Shown here one piece after another: positions 40,944 through 48,723 of a stretch of DNA of 64,000 nucleotides. Both the position numbers and the translations under genes were made by a program. The stretch spans positions 18,043 to 82,042 of the forward strand of contig JAHEJW010000001.1 in the NCBI GenBank assembly GCA_024638655.1, read 5' to 3'. The DNA comes from a bacterium (GTDB taxonomy: Bacteria > Actinomycetota > Acidimicrobiia > Spongiisociales > ZC4RG35). The notes under the pieces are model-generated. The model did not search any database, was not told the origin of the DNA, and worked only from the letters and a program-made list of their open reading frames with translations. Position 1 is the stretch's first letter; each line of letters opens with the position of its first letter.

Positions 40944-41563
40944 TCGCCCCCCTCGCTCTCGACCGTTCCGAGCGGCTGAAATGCCGGAAACGGTCCGATG
41001 GCGCCGTCGGTCTCGGGGATTGCCCAGTCGAAACTGCGCCGTCCTCCGAAGAGCTCCTGCATCTCATCTGTGTTGACGACGACCGGCCGAGCCTTCTTCA
41101 GCCACGTGACCAGATCGCGCGCTTTGTCCGGTGTCACGCCTTCGATCAGCTCATAGTTGACCTGCACGGCCGGCGCTCCACCGCAAGCGCCGATGCACTC
41201 GGCATGCTCGACCGACAGGAGCCCTTCTTCGTCGGTCTCACCGTGGGGCACGCCCGATTCGTCCTCGACGGCGTGCATCACTTCATCTCCACCAAGCAGC
41301 ATGCAGGAGATGGATGTGCAGCAGGAGATCAGATACTTGCCGGTCCGCTCCCTCTTGTACATCGTGTAGAAGCTCGCCACGGAGAGCACCTGCGCCGGGG
41401 TGATCTCACACCACCGGGCGACCTCCTCCATCCCGGTCTCGGTCAGGTGCCCTTCCTCGGCCATGGCCAGGTAGAGGAGCGGCATGACTGCCGATCGCTT
41501 CTGCGGGTAAAGGTCGATGATTTCGCGGGCACGCTCCTGGGTGCTCTCCGACCAGTGGCTCAT
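40940..41563 (-). CDS. nuoE: NADH-quinone oxidoreductase subunit E (24-kDa, 2Fe-2S)
   Basis: Thioredoxin-like 2Fe-2S subunit with CCTSISC....CIGACGGAP cysteines. 207 aa. Confidence 0.9.
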   Translation of the reverse strand: MSHWSESTQERAREIIDLYPQKRSAVMPLLYLAMAEEGHLTETGMEEVARWCEITPAQVLSVASFYTMYKRERTGKYLISCCTSISCMLLGGDEVMHAVEDESGVPHGETDEEGLLSVEHAECIGACGGAPAVQVNYELIEGVTPDKARDLVTWLKKARPVVVNTDEMQELFGGRRSFDWAIPETDGAIGPFPAFQPLGTVESEGGE

Positions 41564-41642
41564 CGGAGTGGGAGAATAGGGAGCAGGGAATACACGGGCG
41601 AAACCAGCGGAGAGGCTTCATTTCGCTGCAAAAAGCGCCCTC

Positions 41643-43010
41643 TCACCGATCTACGTCGCCCATCACCGGGTCCATGGACGCGATGGTCGCCACCGTGTCC
41701 GCAACAAGGCTATCTGCCATGGCGATTGGCAGACCCTGGAGGTTGTAGAAAGAAGGGGCCCGGGTGTGCATGCGCCACGGCATCGGCCCACCGTCTGCCA
41801 CCAGGTAGCAGCCGAGTTCGCCGCGTGGGGACTCCACCGCCACATAGGTCTCGCCGGCCGGCACCTTGAAACCTTCGGTGAATAGCTTGAAGTGGTGAAT
41901 CAGCGCCTCCATCGATTCGTCGATGCGAGCTCTGGGTGGGGGTGTGATCTTGCGGTCATCGATCCTGTAGTTGCCTTTGGGCATGGAGTCCATCACCTGC
42001 TCGACGATCTTCAGTGACTCTTCGATCTCTTCGACCTTGACCCGATAGCGGTCATACACGTCACCCCGCTCGCCAAGCGGCACGTCGAACTCGTACTGAT
42101 CGATACCCGAGTAGGGAAAAACCTTCCTGATGTCCCAGTCCACGCCGCTAGCCCTTAGTGGGGGGCCGGTGATGCTGTAGGCGATGGCTTCCTCGGCCTG
42201 GATTATGCCTACGTCCCGGGTTCGAGAAAGCCAGACCGGGTTCTCTTTGAGCAGATCGTCGTACTCCTGAAGACGGACTGGCATCTCCTTGAGAATCGCC
42301 GCGACGTCGTCCTTCCATCCGGGAGGAAGATCAGCGGCCACGCCACCCGGGCGGATGTAATTGTGGTTCATTCGGAGCCCGGTGGCCTTCTCGAAGAACG
42401 CGAGGATGGCCTCCCTCTCCCGAAAACCGTAGATCATCATCGAGAGGGCGCCGATGTCCAGACCGTTGGTTGCCAGAGCGACCAGATGGGAGGAGATCCG
42501 GTTGAGCTCGGTCATCAGGATCCTGATCGCGGCGGCGCGCGGTGGGACCTCGACGCCGAGGAGCCGCTCCACGGCAAGTGAATAGGCGAGCTCTTCGTGG
42601 AGTGGAGAGAGGTAGTCCATCCGCGTCACGTTCGTGGGCCCCTGGGCGTAATTGAGCTGCTCGGCGGTCTTCTCCATTCCGGTATGGAGATACCCGATGA
42701 TCGGCCGAGTTCGCCTGATGATCTCCCCCTCGAGCTCGATCTGCAGACGAAGAACCCCGTGGGTGGATGGGTGCTGGGGACCCATGTTCACGATCATGCG
42801 CTCATCGTCGTCAGCGTCCTCGTCGAACACGTAGTCATCTTCGACCACTCGACCGAACTGGGCGGCCAGCCGGTCCTCAGACTCGTGTTCGGAGATCTCC
42901 TGGCGGCCCTCGTCCGTGGGTTGGAACTGAGGCTCCTCGGTGCCTGCCACCCACAAGTCGAAGGTGTCGGTCTCTCCGCCGGCCTGGTCTTGTGTGTTCT
43001 CGTCGCTCAT
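41643..43010 (-). CDS. nuoD: NADH-quinone oxidoreductase subunit D (second operon) with an acidic N-terminal extension
   Basis: NMGPQHPSTHGVLRL ... SMDPVMGDVDR. Start at ATG 43010 (MSDENTQDQ...), 2 nt after the nuoC stop. About 70 acidic residues precede the conserved core. Confidence 0.9.
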   Translation of the reverse strand: MSDENTQDQAGGETDTFDLWVAGTEEPQFQPTDEGRQEISEHESEDRLAAQFGRVVEDDYVFDEDADDDERMIVNMGPQHPSTHGVLRLQIELEGEIIRRTRPIIGYLHTGMEKTAEQLNYAQGPTNVTRMDYLSPLHEELAYSLAVERLLGVEVPPRAAAIRILMTELNRISSHLVALATNGLDIGALSMMIYGFREREAILAFFEKATGLRMNHNYIRPGGVAADLPPGWKDDVAAILKEMPVRLQEYDDLLKENPVWLSRTRDVGIIQAEEAIAYSITGPPLRASGVDWDIRKVFPYSGIDQYEFDVPLGERGDVYDRYRVKVEEIEESLKIVEQVMDSMPKGNYRIDDRKITPPPRARIDESMEALIHHFKLFTEGFKVPAGETYVAVESPRGELGCYLVADGGPMPWRMHTRAPSFYNLQGLPIAMADSLVADTVATIASMDPVMGDVDR

Positions 43011-43012
43011 CG

Positions 43013-43486
43013 TCAGCTCACCTGATGGGCCTGCTTGAACTGGACCGGAACCGACCCCACCCCGAAGTCCTTCCGAAGCGGGTGACCTTCCCAATCGTCG
43101 GGCATCAGGATGCGCGTCAGGTCGGGGTGCCCTTCGAACTCGATGCCAAACATGTCGTACACCTCGCGCTCGGCAAAGTTGGCCCCCGGCCAGAGCGGCG
43201 TGAGCGATGCGATCGTGGGATCCTCTCGCCCCACCGAGGTGATCATGCGTAGCCGGATTCTGTGTTGCATCGACACGAGATTGGCAACGACCTCGAATCG
43301 CTCAGGCCTCAGACGCATCCAGTCGACCGCGGTGACGTCACCACATATCTCGAACCCCGCCTCCTTGGCGGCTCCGGCGAAGGAGAACCAGGCATCGGCG
43401 GGAACCCGCGCCACATCCTGGCCGTGAGAGTCCTCCCAGACAACGGCTTCGAACTGTTCCTTGAGATCCTCGAGCACCGGGCTCAT
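43013..43486 (-). CDS. nuoC: NADH-quinone oxidoreductase subunit C (second operon)
   Basis: [32 protein letters not shown]. Start at ATG 43486, forming an ATGA overlap with the nuoB stop. The track ORF from 43846 runs through nuoB in another frame and is rejected. Confidence 0.85.
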   Translation of the reverse strand: MSPVLEDLKEQFEAVVWEDSHGQDVARVPADAWFSFAGAAKEAGFEICGDVTAVDWMRLRPERFEVVANLVSMQHRIRLRMITSVGREDPTIASLTPLWPGANFAEREVYDMFGIEFEGHPDLTRILMPDDWEGHPLRKDFGVGSVPVQFKQAHQVS

Positions 43487-43950
43487 CTGACTATCTCGCG
43501 TGTCATTATCTTGTCGTGCAGGGTGAGGATCCCGTGCATGAGGCTCTGCGGGCCGGGAGGGCAGCCAGGCACATAGATGTCGACCGGAACGATCTGGTCG
43601 ACCCCCTGGACCAGGGCGTAGTTGTTGAACATGCCACCGGTCGAAGCACATGCACCCATCGAGATGACCCATTTTGGATCGGGCATTTGGTCGTAGACCT
43701 GGCGCAAAACCGGGGCCATCTTCTGACTGACGCGACCCGCCACGATCATGAGGTCGGCCTGGCGGGGGGAGGCGCGGAAGACCTCCATCCCAAAACGCGC
43801 AAGGTCGTAGTGGGCAGCTCCGGTGGCCATCATTTCGATGGCACAACAGGCCAGACCGAACGTGGCCGGGAACATCGAACGGGTCCGCGCCCAGTTGGCG
43901 GCACGCTCGACCGTGGTCATCAGCAGATTACCTGGGGGAGTCGTCGCCAT
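43483..43950 (-). CDS. nuoB: NADH-quinone oxidoreductase subunit B (second operon)
   Basis: [16 protein letters not shown] and PGCPP N2-cluster cysteine motifs. 155 aa. Confidence 0.9.
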   Translation of the reverse strand: MATTPPGNLLMTTVERAANWARTRSMFPATFGLACCAIEMMATGAAHYDLARFGMEVFRASPRQADLMIVAGRVSQKMAPVLRQVYDQMPDPKWVISMGACASTGGMFNNYALVQGVDQIVPVDIYVPGCPPGPQSLMHGILTLHDKIMTREIVR

Positions 43951-43954
43951 CTCT

Positions 43955-44362
43955 TCAGGCGGCCCGGCGCGTCTCGGGTGCGAGATAGCGGGAACGTCGC
44001 TTCACATTCCAGTCGAGGGCGCCCCGCTTCCACACGTAAACCAGCGTCTCCAGGACGAAGAAGGTGAAGATGAGCACAGCTGCCACGCCGTACCAGCCCA
44101 GCTCGGTCCAGATGGAGCCCCAAGCGAACAGGAAGATGATCTCGACGTCGAAGATCACGAACAACATCGCCACCAGGTAGAACTTCACCGGGAATCTCTG
44201 AACGGGCTCGACCTCAGGAACGATGCCGCACTCATACGGGTCGAGCTTCTCCGGGGTCGGGCGGTTCGGCCGGAAGAAGCGGGAAGCCAGCAGCGATACT
44301 GCCACGAAACCCGCAGCCAGTACCAACATGATGCCGATCGGCAGGTAGTCGGCGAGAGTCAC
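43955..44362 (-). CDS. nuoA: NADH-quinone oxidoreductase subunit A (second operon)
   Basis: 135 aa, three TM helices, YECG motif. First gene of the 14-gene operon. Confidence 0.85.
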   Translation of the reverse strand: MTLADYLPIGIMLVLAAGFVAVSLLASRFFRPNRPTPEKLDPYECGIVPEVEPVQRFPVKFYLVAMLFVIFDVEIIFLFAWGSIWTELGWYGVAAVLIFTFFVLETLVYVWKRGALDWNVKRRSRYLAPETRRAA

Positions 44363-44396
44363 GCCCTGAGCTTAGGTCTCATCGGTCTTTGTGCGC

Positions 44397-44406
44397 GAAT
44401 TCGCAA
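44397..44406. promoter_or_regulatory. palindrome GCGAATTCGC flanked by TTTGTG / CAAAG in the nuoA2 / aminotransferase divergent intergenic region
   Basis: Read directly from the sequence, 35-45 nt upstream of the nuoA2 start. The flanks loosely resemble TGTG/CACA-type half-sites of Rex operators, but the match is weak. Confidence 0.2.
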
Positions 44407-44459
44407 AGTCGCTGGGACCTGGGTGAACCGGGCCGCCCGAGGCGGATAAGGTTGCCCAC

Positions 44460-45695
44460 TTGCACCCTCAGACCCCCCTCTTCGACATAGACGAGGTGCG
44501 CAGCAAGTTCCCTGCGCTCGAACGCCGAGAAGCGGGCCGTCAGGTGGCTTATCTCGATGGCCCCGGAGGCACACAGGTGCCGGAATCAGTCATCGCAGCC
44601 ATGAGCAGTGTATTGGAGGGTGGAGTATCCAACCTGGGTGGTGGATTCGACGCCTCACGCGTCGCCGTACGGGTGACTGCGGCTGCACGCGCGGCGATCG
44701 CGGATCTGCTGTCCTGTCGCCCTTCCGAGGTGGTTTTCGGTCAGAACATGACCAGTCTCACGTTCTCGATGAGCCGGGCTCTGGCTCGCACATGGGCCGA
44801 GGGCGATGCCATCGTGCTGACATCGCTCGATCACGACGCCAACTTCACGCCATGGGCGATGGCAGCGGCTGACCGGGGCGTCGAGGTCAGAGTCGCCGAG
44901 TTCGACCCGGCAGCCGGCATGCTCGACCCCGGCTCTGTGATCGACCTGCTCGACGAAAGGGTCCGTCTCGTGGCGGTCTGCCTCTCCTCGAACGCAATCG
45001 GCACAGTCGTCGACGTTGCTCCCATCTGCGAGGCCGCCAGGGAGGTGGGTGCTCATAGCTACGTAGACGCAGTCCATGCTGCGCCGCATCATCTGATCGA
45101 CGTGGGTGCCCTCGGTTGCGACTTCCTGGCGGTTTCGGTCTACAAGTTCTTCGGTCCCCATACCGGTGCCATCTTCGGGCGGGCCGAGGTATTGCAGCGC
45201 TTGCAGGCCTACAAGGTCAGCCCGGCCCCATCGGATCCACCCGGCAAGTTCGAGACCGGCACCCAGAGCTTCGAGTCCCTCGCCGGTGTGACCGCAGCCG
45301 TAGACCACATTGCCTCCCTCGGAACGGACGGTGCAACGAGACGTGGGTCGATCGAGATGGCCTATCAGGCGATTGGACTGCACGAGCGCAGCCTGGCTCA
45401 GAGATTCCTCGACCAGACGCTGTCGTTGCCGGGGGTCGAGGTGTACGGCGTACCGGAGGCTTCGGAAGCCAGATCACCGACGTTCGCTATCGAAGTGTCG
45501 GGCCACACGGCTCCCGGAGTCGCCAGACATCTGGCGACGCGAGGACTCTACGTGTGGGCCGGTCACTACTACGCGGTCAACGTGATGGAGCGGCTCGGTG
45601 TCCTCGATGAGGGAGGGCTCGTGCGAATCGGCTTCTGCCACTACAACACGATCGAGGAAGTCGACCGGGCCGTCGAAGCCCTATCGGAACTGTGA
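44460..45695 (+). CDS. aminotransferase class V-fold PLP-dependent enzyme (cysteine desulfurase-like)
   Basis: 411 aa. SVYKFFGPHTG carries the putative PLP lysine, and the fold-type I aminotransferase class V pattern is seen throughout. Confidence 0.7.
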   Translation: MHPQTPLFDIDEVRSKFPALERREAGRQVAYLDGPGGTQVPESVIAAMSSVLEGGVSNLGGGFDASRVAVRVTAAARAAIADLLSCRPSEVVFGQNMTSLTFSMSRALARTWAEGDAIVLTSLDHDANFTPWAMAAADRGVEVRVAEFDPAAGMLDPGSVIDLLDERVRLVAVCLSSNAIGTVVDVAPICEAAREVGAHSYVDAVHAAPHHLIDVGALGCDFLAVSVYKFFGPHTGAIFGRAEVLQRLQAYKVSPAPSDPPGKFETGTQSFESLAGVTAAVDHIASLGTDGATRRGSIEMAYQAIGLHERSLAQRFLDQTLSLPGVEVYGVPEASEARSPTFAIEVSGHTAPGVARHLATRGLYVWAGHYYAVNVMERLGVLDEGGLVRIGFCHYNTIEEVDRAVEALSEL

Positions 45696-45710
45696 GCGAT
45701 CCGTGCTGAC

Positions 45711-46379
45711 TCAACCCAGCAGGTTGTCGGCCAGGTCGGCCAAGTCGGGAAAGACCAGCTCCGGTGGTGGATTGGCCATACCCCAGACCACGCCTCGTCT
45801 CTTGAGGAAGGCCGCTCGAGCCCCCACCGCCATGGCTCCGGCACAGTCCCAGTCGTGGGCCGCCACCAGCATCAGCTCGGCTATCGGGACGCCCAGTGAC
45901 TCGGCAACATGCTGATACGGAGCCGGGTTTGGCTTGAACTTCCCCACCTCCTCGACCGAGAAGACACGCTGGATGAACACGTGCAGTCCCGCATTCTCGA
46001 TCTGAGCGTTCGCCGCCTCGCTGCTCGAGTTGGTGAGAGCGACGAGCCGAAGATCTGCGTCGAATAGCCGCTCCATGGCGTTGTACACATCGGGATGAGG
46101 CGGGAGGCTCCGCATCGCCCCTACGATCTCCTGAGCGTCCTCGCCGCGCAGCCCCATACCTCTCTTGGCTGCAACGATGAGCAGCGCCTCGACACCTATC
46201 TCGTCGAAGGGTCGATAGGTGCCCAGCTCGTTGGCGACCAGGGATCCATGCAGCATGCGGGCGAACCACTCGCCGACGGGCGGGGCCGCACCAAAGCCCT
46301 TCTCCAATGCCTTGGAGATCGGCTCGAGACTCAGCAGGGTCTCGTTGACGTCGAAAACGAGTACAGGTTTGGCTGTCAT
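45711..46379 (-). CDS. HAD-superfamily hydrolase (haloacid dehalogenase type II-like)
   Basis: N-terminal FDVNETL (DxxxT-type nucleophile motif), a VALTNSS motif II-like block and a C-terminal HDWD motif. 4-nt overlap with the upstream menJ-like gene. Confidence 0.65.
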   Translation of the reverse strand: MTAKPVLVFDVNETLLSLEPISKALEKGFGAAPPVGEWFARMLHGSLVANELGTYRPFDEIGVEALLIVAAKRGMGLRGEDAQEIVGAMRSLPPHPDVYNAMERLFDADLRLVALTNSSSEAANAQIENAGLHVFIQRVFSVEEVGKFKPNPAPYQHVAESLGVPIAELMLVAAHDWDCAGAMAVGARAAFLKRRGVVWGMANPPPELVFPDLADLADNLLG

Positions 46380-47614
46380 GCCGTCGGCAGGGTACGCACC
46401 ATTGCGGCGAGGGCGTCATAAGCGCGCTCGCCGGCTTCCTTTTCATCCTCGTCCAGGAGGTTCGACATCACTTTCAGCGTCCACTCCATGAGCGGCCGAT
46501 TCCGCAGACCGGTATGAGCCAGCGTCCGCATGACGGACGGGTATCCGATCAGCTTCACGAAGATCCGGGCCATCTTGTAGTAGAGGCCGAACTCGTCCTC
46601 GAGGCGCTGGGGGTAGCGTCGCAGCAGCCCGGTGTCACCTGAAGCCACGGCCTCGCTCACATACCCGGCTGCGATACGACCCGTCTCGTATGCGTAGGAG
46701 ATGCCTTCCCCATTCCATGGGTTGATGGCACCGGCCGCGTCGCCGATAGTTATCCAGTTGTCCCCGACGAGTGGGCTCTTCGAGAAGGACATCGTGAGCT
46801 TCCCGCCGGTTGGCTTGCTGAGCTTTGTCTCTTCCCCGATGCCCCAGTGTTCGGGAGCGGTGGCGACATAGTCGTCCATCATGTTGGTGGTGTTCACGTG
46901 CTTCCATCGCTTGAACGTGGACAGCAGGCCCACCCCGACGTTTACCGTCCCATCGCCGAGGGGGAACACCCACCCGTACCCTGGCATCGTTGCCCCGCTC
47001 CTGTCCCTGAGATCCAGCTGGCTCTCTAGAAAGGGGTCTTTGGACATCGGAGAGGCGAAGTAGCCCCTCGCCGCCATCCCCATCGGATAGTCGCGTCGCC
47101 TCGACGAGCCAAGGTCGCGGCCGAAGCGATTCATCGAACCGTCTGCGATGACGGTCACGTCGGGAACCACCACTTCCTTTTCCCCTCCCGATGCCAGCTG
47201 GACAGAGGTGAGACGGCCGTCCTCGATCACGGGAGTCGCCGCGGTCTTCTCCAGGACTCGCACGCCCTCCTTCTCCGAGAGCCTCGCGACCTGCATGTCC
47301 AGGTCGCTCCTCCGAATGACCCCGCCCCAATTGGGAAAGCGGGAATGCACGGGCCAGGCCATCTCGATCATCAGATCGTCGCCGGCATAGGACCTCAGAC
47401 CAGTGATCCGATGGAACTCAGGAACATCGAAGTCGAAGCCCATATCGGTCAACTGGAGAATCGCACGTGGAGTGAGACCATCACCACAGGTCTTGTCCCT
47501 GGGATACTCCTTCTTCTCTGCCAGAGTCACGTCGTGACCCGCACGCGCCAGCCAGAAGGCGGCAGCTGCACCGGCGGGTCCGCCGCCGACTACGAGTACG
47601 GAGGGTGAAGGCAT
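46376..47614 (-). CDS. menJ: geranylgeranyl reductase-family flavoprotein, likely menaquinone side-chain reductase
   Basis: VLVVGGGPAGAAAAFWLARAG FAD-binding fold; PRDKTCGDGLTPRA, PGYGWVFPLGDGTVNVGVGLLST and IGDAAGAINPWNGEGISYAYETGR closely parallel mycobacterial MenJ (Rv0561c) as recalled from memory. Confidence 0.75.
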   Translation of the reverse strand: MPSPSVLVVGGGPAGAAAAFWLARAGHDVTLAEKKEYPRDKTCGDGLTPRAILQLTDMGFDFDVPEFHRITGLRSYAGDDLMIEMAWPVHSRFPNWGGVIRRSDLDMQVARLSEKEGVRVLEKTAATPVIEDGRLTSVQLASGGEKEVVVPDVTVIADGSMNRFGRDLGSSRRRDYPMGMAARGYFASPMSKDPFLESQLDLRDRSGATMPGYGWVFPLGDGTVNVGVGLLSTFKRWKHVNTTNMMDDYVATAPEHWGIGEETKLSKPTGGKLTMSFSKSPLVGDNWITIGDAAGAINPWNGEGISYAYETGRIAAGYVSEAVASGDTGLLRRYPQRLEDEFGLYYKMARIFVKLIGYPSVMRTLAHTGLRNRPLMEWTLKVMSNLLDEDEKEAGERAYDALAAMVRTLPTA

Positions 47615-47641
47615 TCGCGAGGAGAAGAGTAAACGGCCGAA

Positions 47642-48283
47642 ATGGATAGGGCGCAGGACGGCGGTAACGTCGCCGGCATGAGCGGGTTATCCCGTGCCAC
47701 CGTCTCCAGGCTCCCTCAATATCTTCGTCTTCTCGAGGACATCGAGACGGGTGACACCATCAGCTCGGATCTGCTCGCCGAGGCTGCAGGTGTAAACGCG
47801 GCCAACGTGAGGCGTGATCTCTCCGATCTCGGCTTTCAGGGAACCAGAGGAGTCGGCTACTCGGTCCCCAACCTGCGTGACCGAATTCGACGGGAGCTCG
47901 GAATCGAAAAGCGCCGAAAGGTGGCGATAGTCGGCGCGGGGAACCTCGGCACTGCGCTCGCTCGCTACGGAGGCTTGGCCAAGCGAGGCTTCGACGTGGT
48001 GGCGATCTACGACATCGACCAGGAGCGAATCGGCTCACTCATCGGCGACGTGAAGGTCCAAGACATATCGGAAATGCCCGGAGACTGTGGGAGCGGGCTT
48101 TACGACATGGCCATCATTGCGGTCCCAGCCAGAGCGGCGCAGACCGTGGCGGAGGGCCTGGTGGACGCCGGAATCAGCTCGCTGCTCAATTTTGCCCCGG
48201 TGCGGGTGTCGGTACCGGATGCCATCCCAGTCCGGCAGGTGGATCTATCAACCGAGCTGCAGATACTCAGCTACTACGGCTGA
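47642..48283 (+). CDS. rex: redox-sensing transcriptional repressor Rex
   Basis: N-terminal winged-helix (RLPQYLRLL) and C-terminal Rossmann NAD(H)-binding motif VAIVGAGNLGTAL. 213 aa. Divergent from menJ with only 27 nt between the start codons. Confidence 0.8.
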   Translation: MDRAQDGGNVAGMSGLSRATVSRLPQYLRLLEDIETGDTISSDLLAEAAGVNAANVRRDLSDLGFQGTRGVGYSVPNLRDRIRRELGIEKRRKVAIVGAGNLGTALARYGGLAKRGFDVVAIYDIDQERIGSLIGDVKVQDISEMPGDCGSGLYDMAIIAVPARAAQTVAEGLVDAGISSLLNFAPVRVSVPDAIPVRQVDLSTELQILSYYG

Positions 48284-48354
48284 GCTGGGCCAGATCGGGC
48301 TTCTTGGTGGAAGCGGGCGTTTCGATGCCGTAGATCAGGATCGGTCGGCGCGAC

Positions 48355-48723
48355 CTAGCCCGCTACCGCTTCCTCCTGGGCTTCTTCAAATTGATGCAGT
48401 GCGACCAGGAAGACGAGGAAGAGCACCACGGAGACGAGCAGGAACGTGATTGGGATCACCCGGATCTCGAATGCGTTCAGCCCTTCGATGTTGTCTGGCT
48501 TGGGGCCCCGTGGGGCGTAGATGACGAACAGGAGCGACGTGATGCTCATCCACCCGAACGTGGCGGCACCGGTGACCAGGAAACCGAGCCGCTTGCCCAG
48601 ATTGGTGTAGTTGAACAGGTAGATCGACCCGTAGAAGAGGAGAACCGAGGCGATCGTCAGGATGATGCCTGTTACGAAGAGGTTGGCCGACAGAAGTGAC
48701 CTGAATAGCTCACGGAAGAACAT
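48355..48723 (-). CDS. small hypothetical membrane protein, last gene of the Rieske/cytochrome b operon
   Basis: 122 aa, 3-4 TM helices, 14-nt overlap with the diheme cytochrome c gene. Possible small accessory subunit. Confidence 0.4.
   Translation of the reverse strand: MFFRELFRSLLSANLFVTGIILTIASVLLFYGSIYLFNYTNLGKRLGFLVTGAATFGWMSITSLLFVIYAPRGPKPDNIEGLNAFEIRVIPITFLLVSVVLFLVFLVALHQFEEAQEEAVAG

Noticed and set aside
43487-43846. 120-codon N-terminal extension of the nuoC2 ORF
   Set aside because: It runs through nuoB2 in a different frame and is Arg/Pro/Gly-rich. The conserved NuoC sequence begins at the ATG that forms an ATGA overlap with the nuoB2 stop.
44375-44410. Rex operator (TTGTGAA-N4-TTCACAA) upstream of nuoA2
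   Set aside because: Only a loose TTTGTG...CAAAG resemblance surrounds a GCGAATTCGC palindrome, and the half-site spacing does not fit the consensus as I recall it. I kept it as a low-confidence regulatory feature rather than calling it a Rex box.
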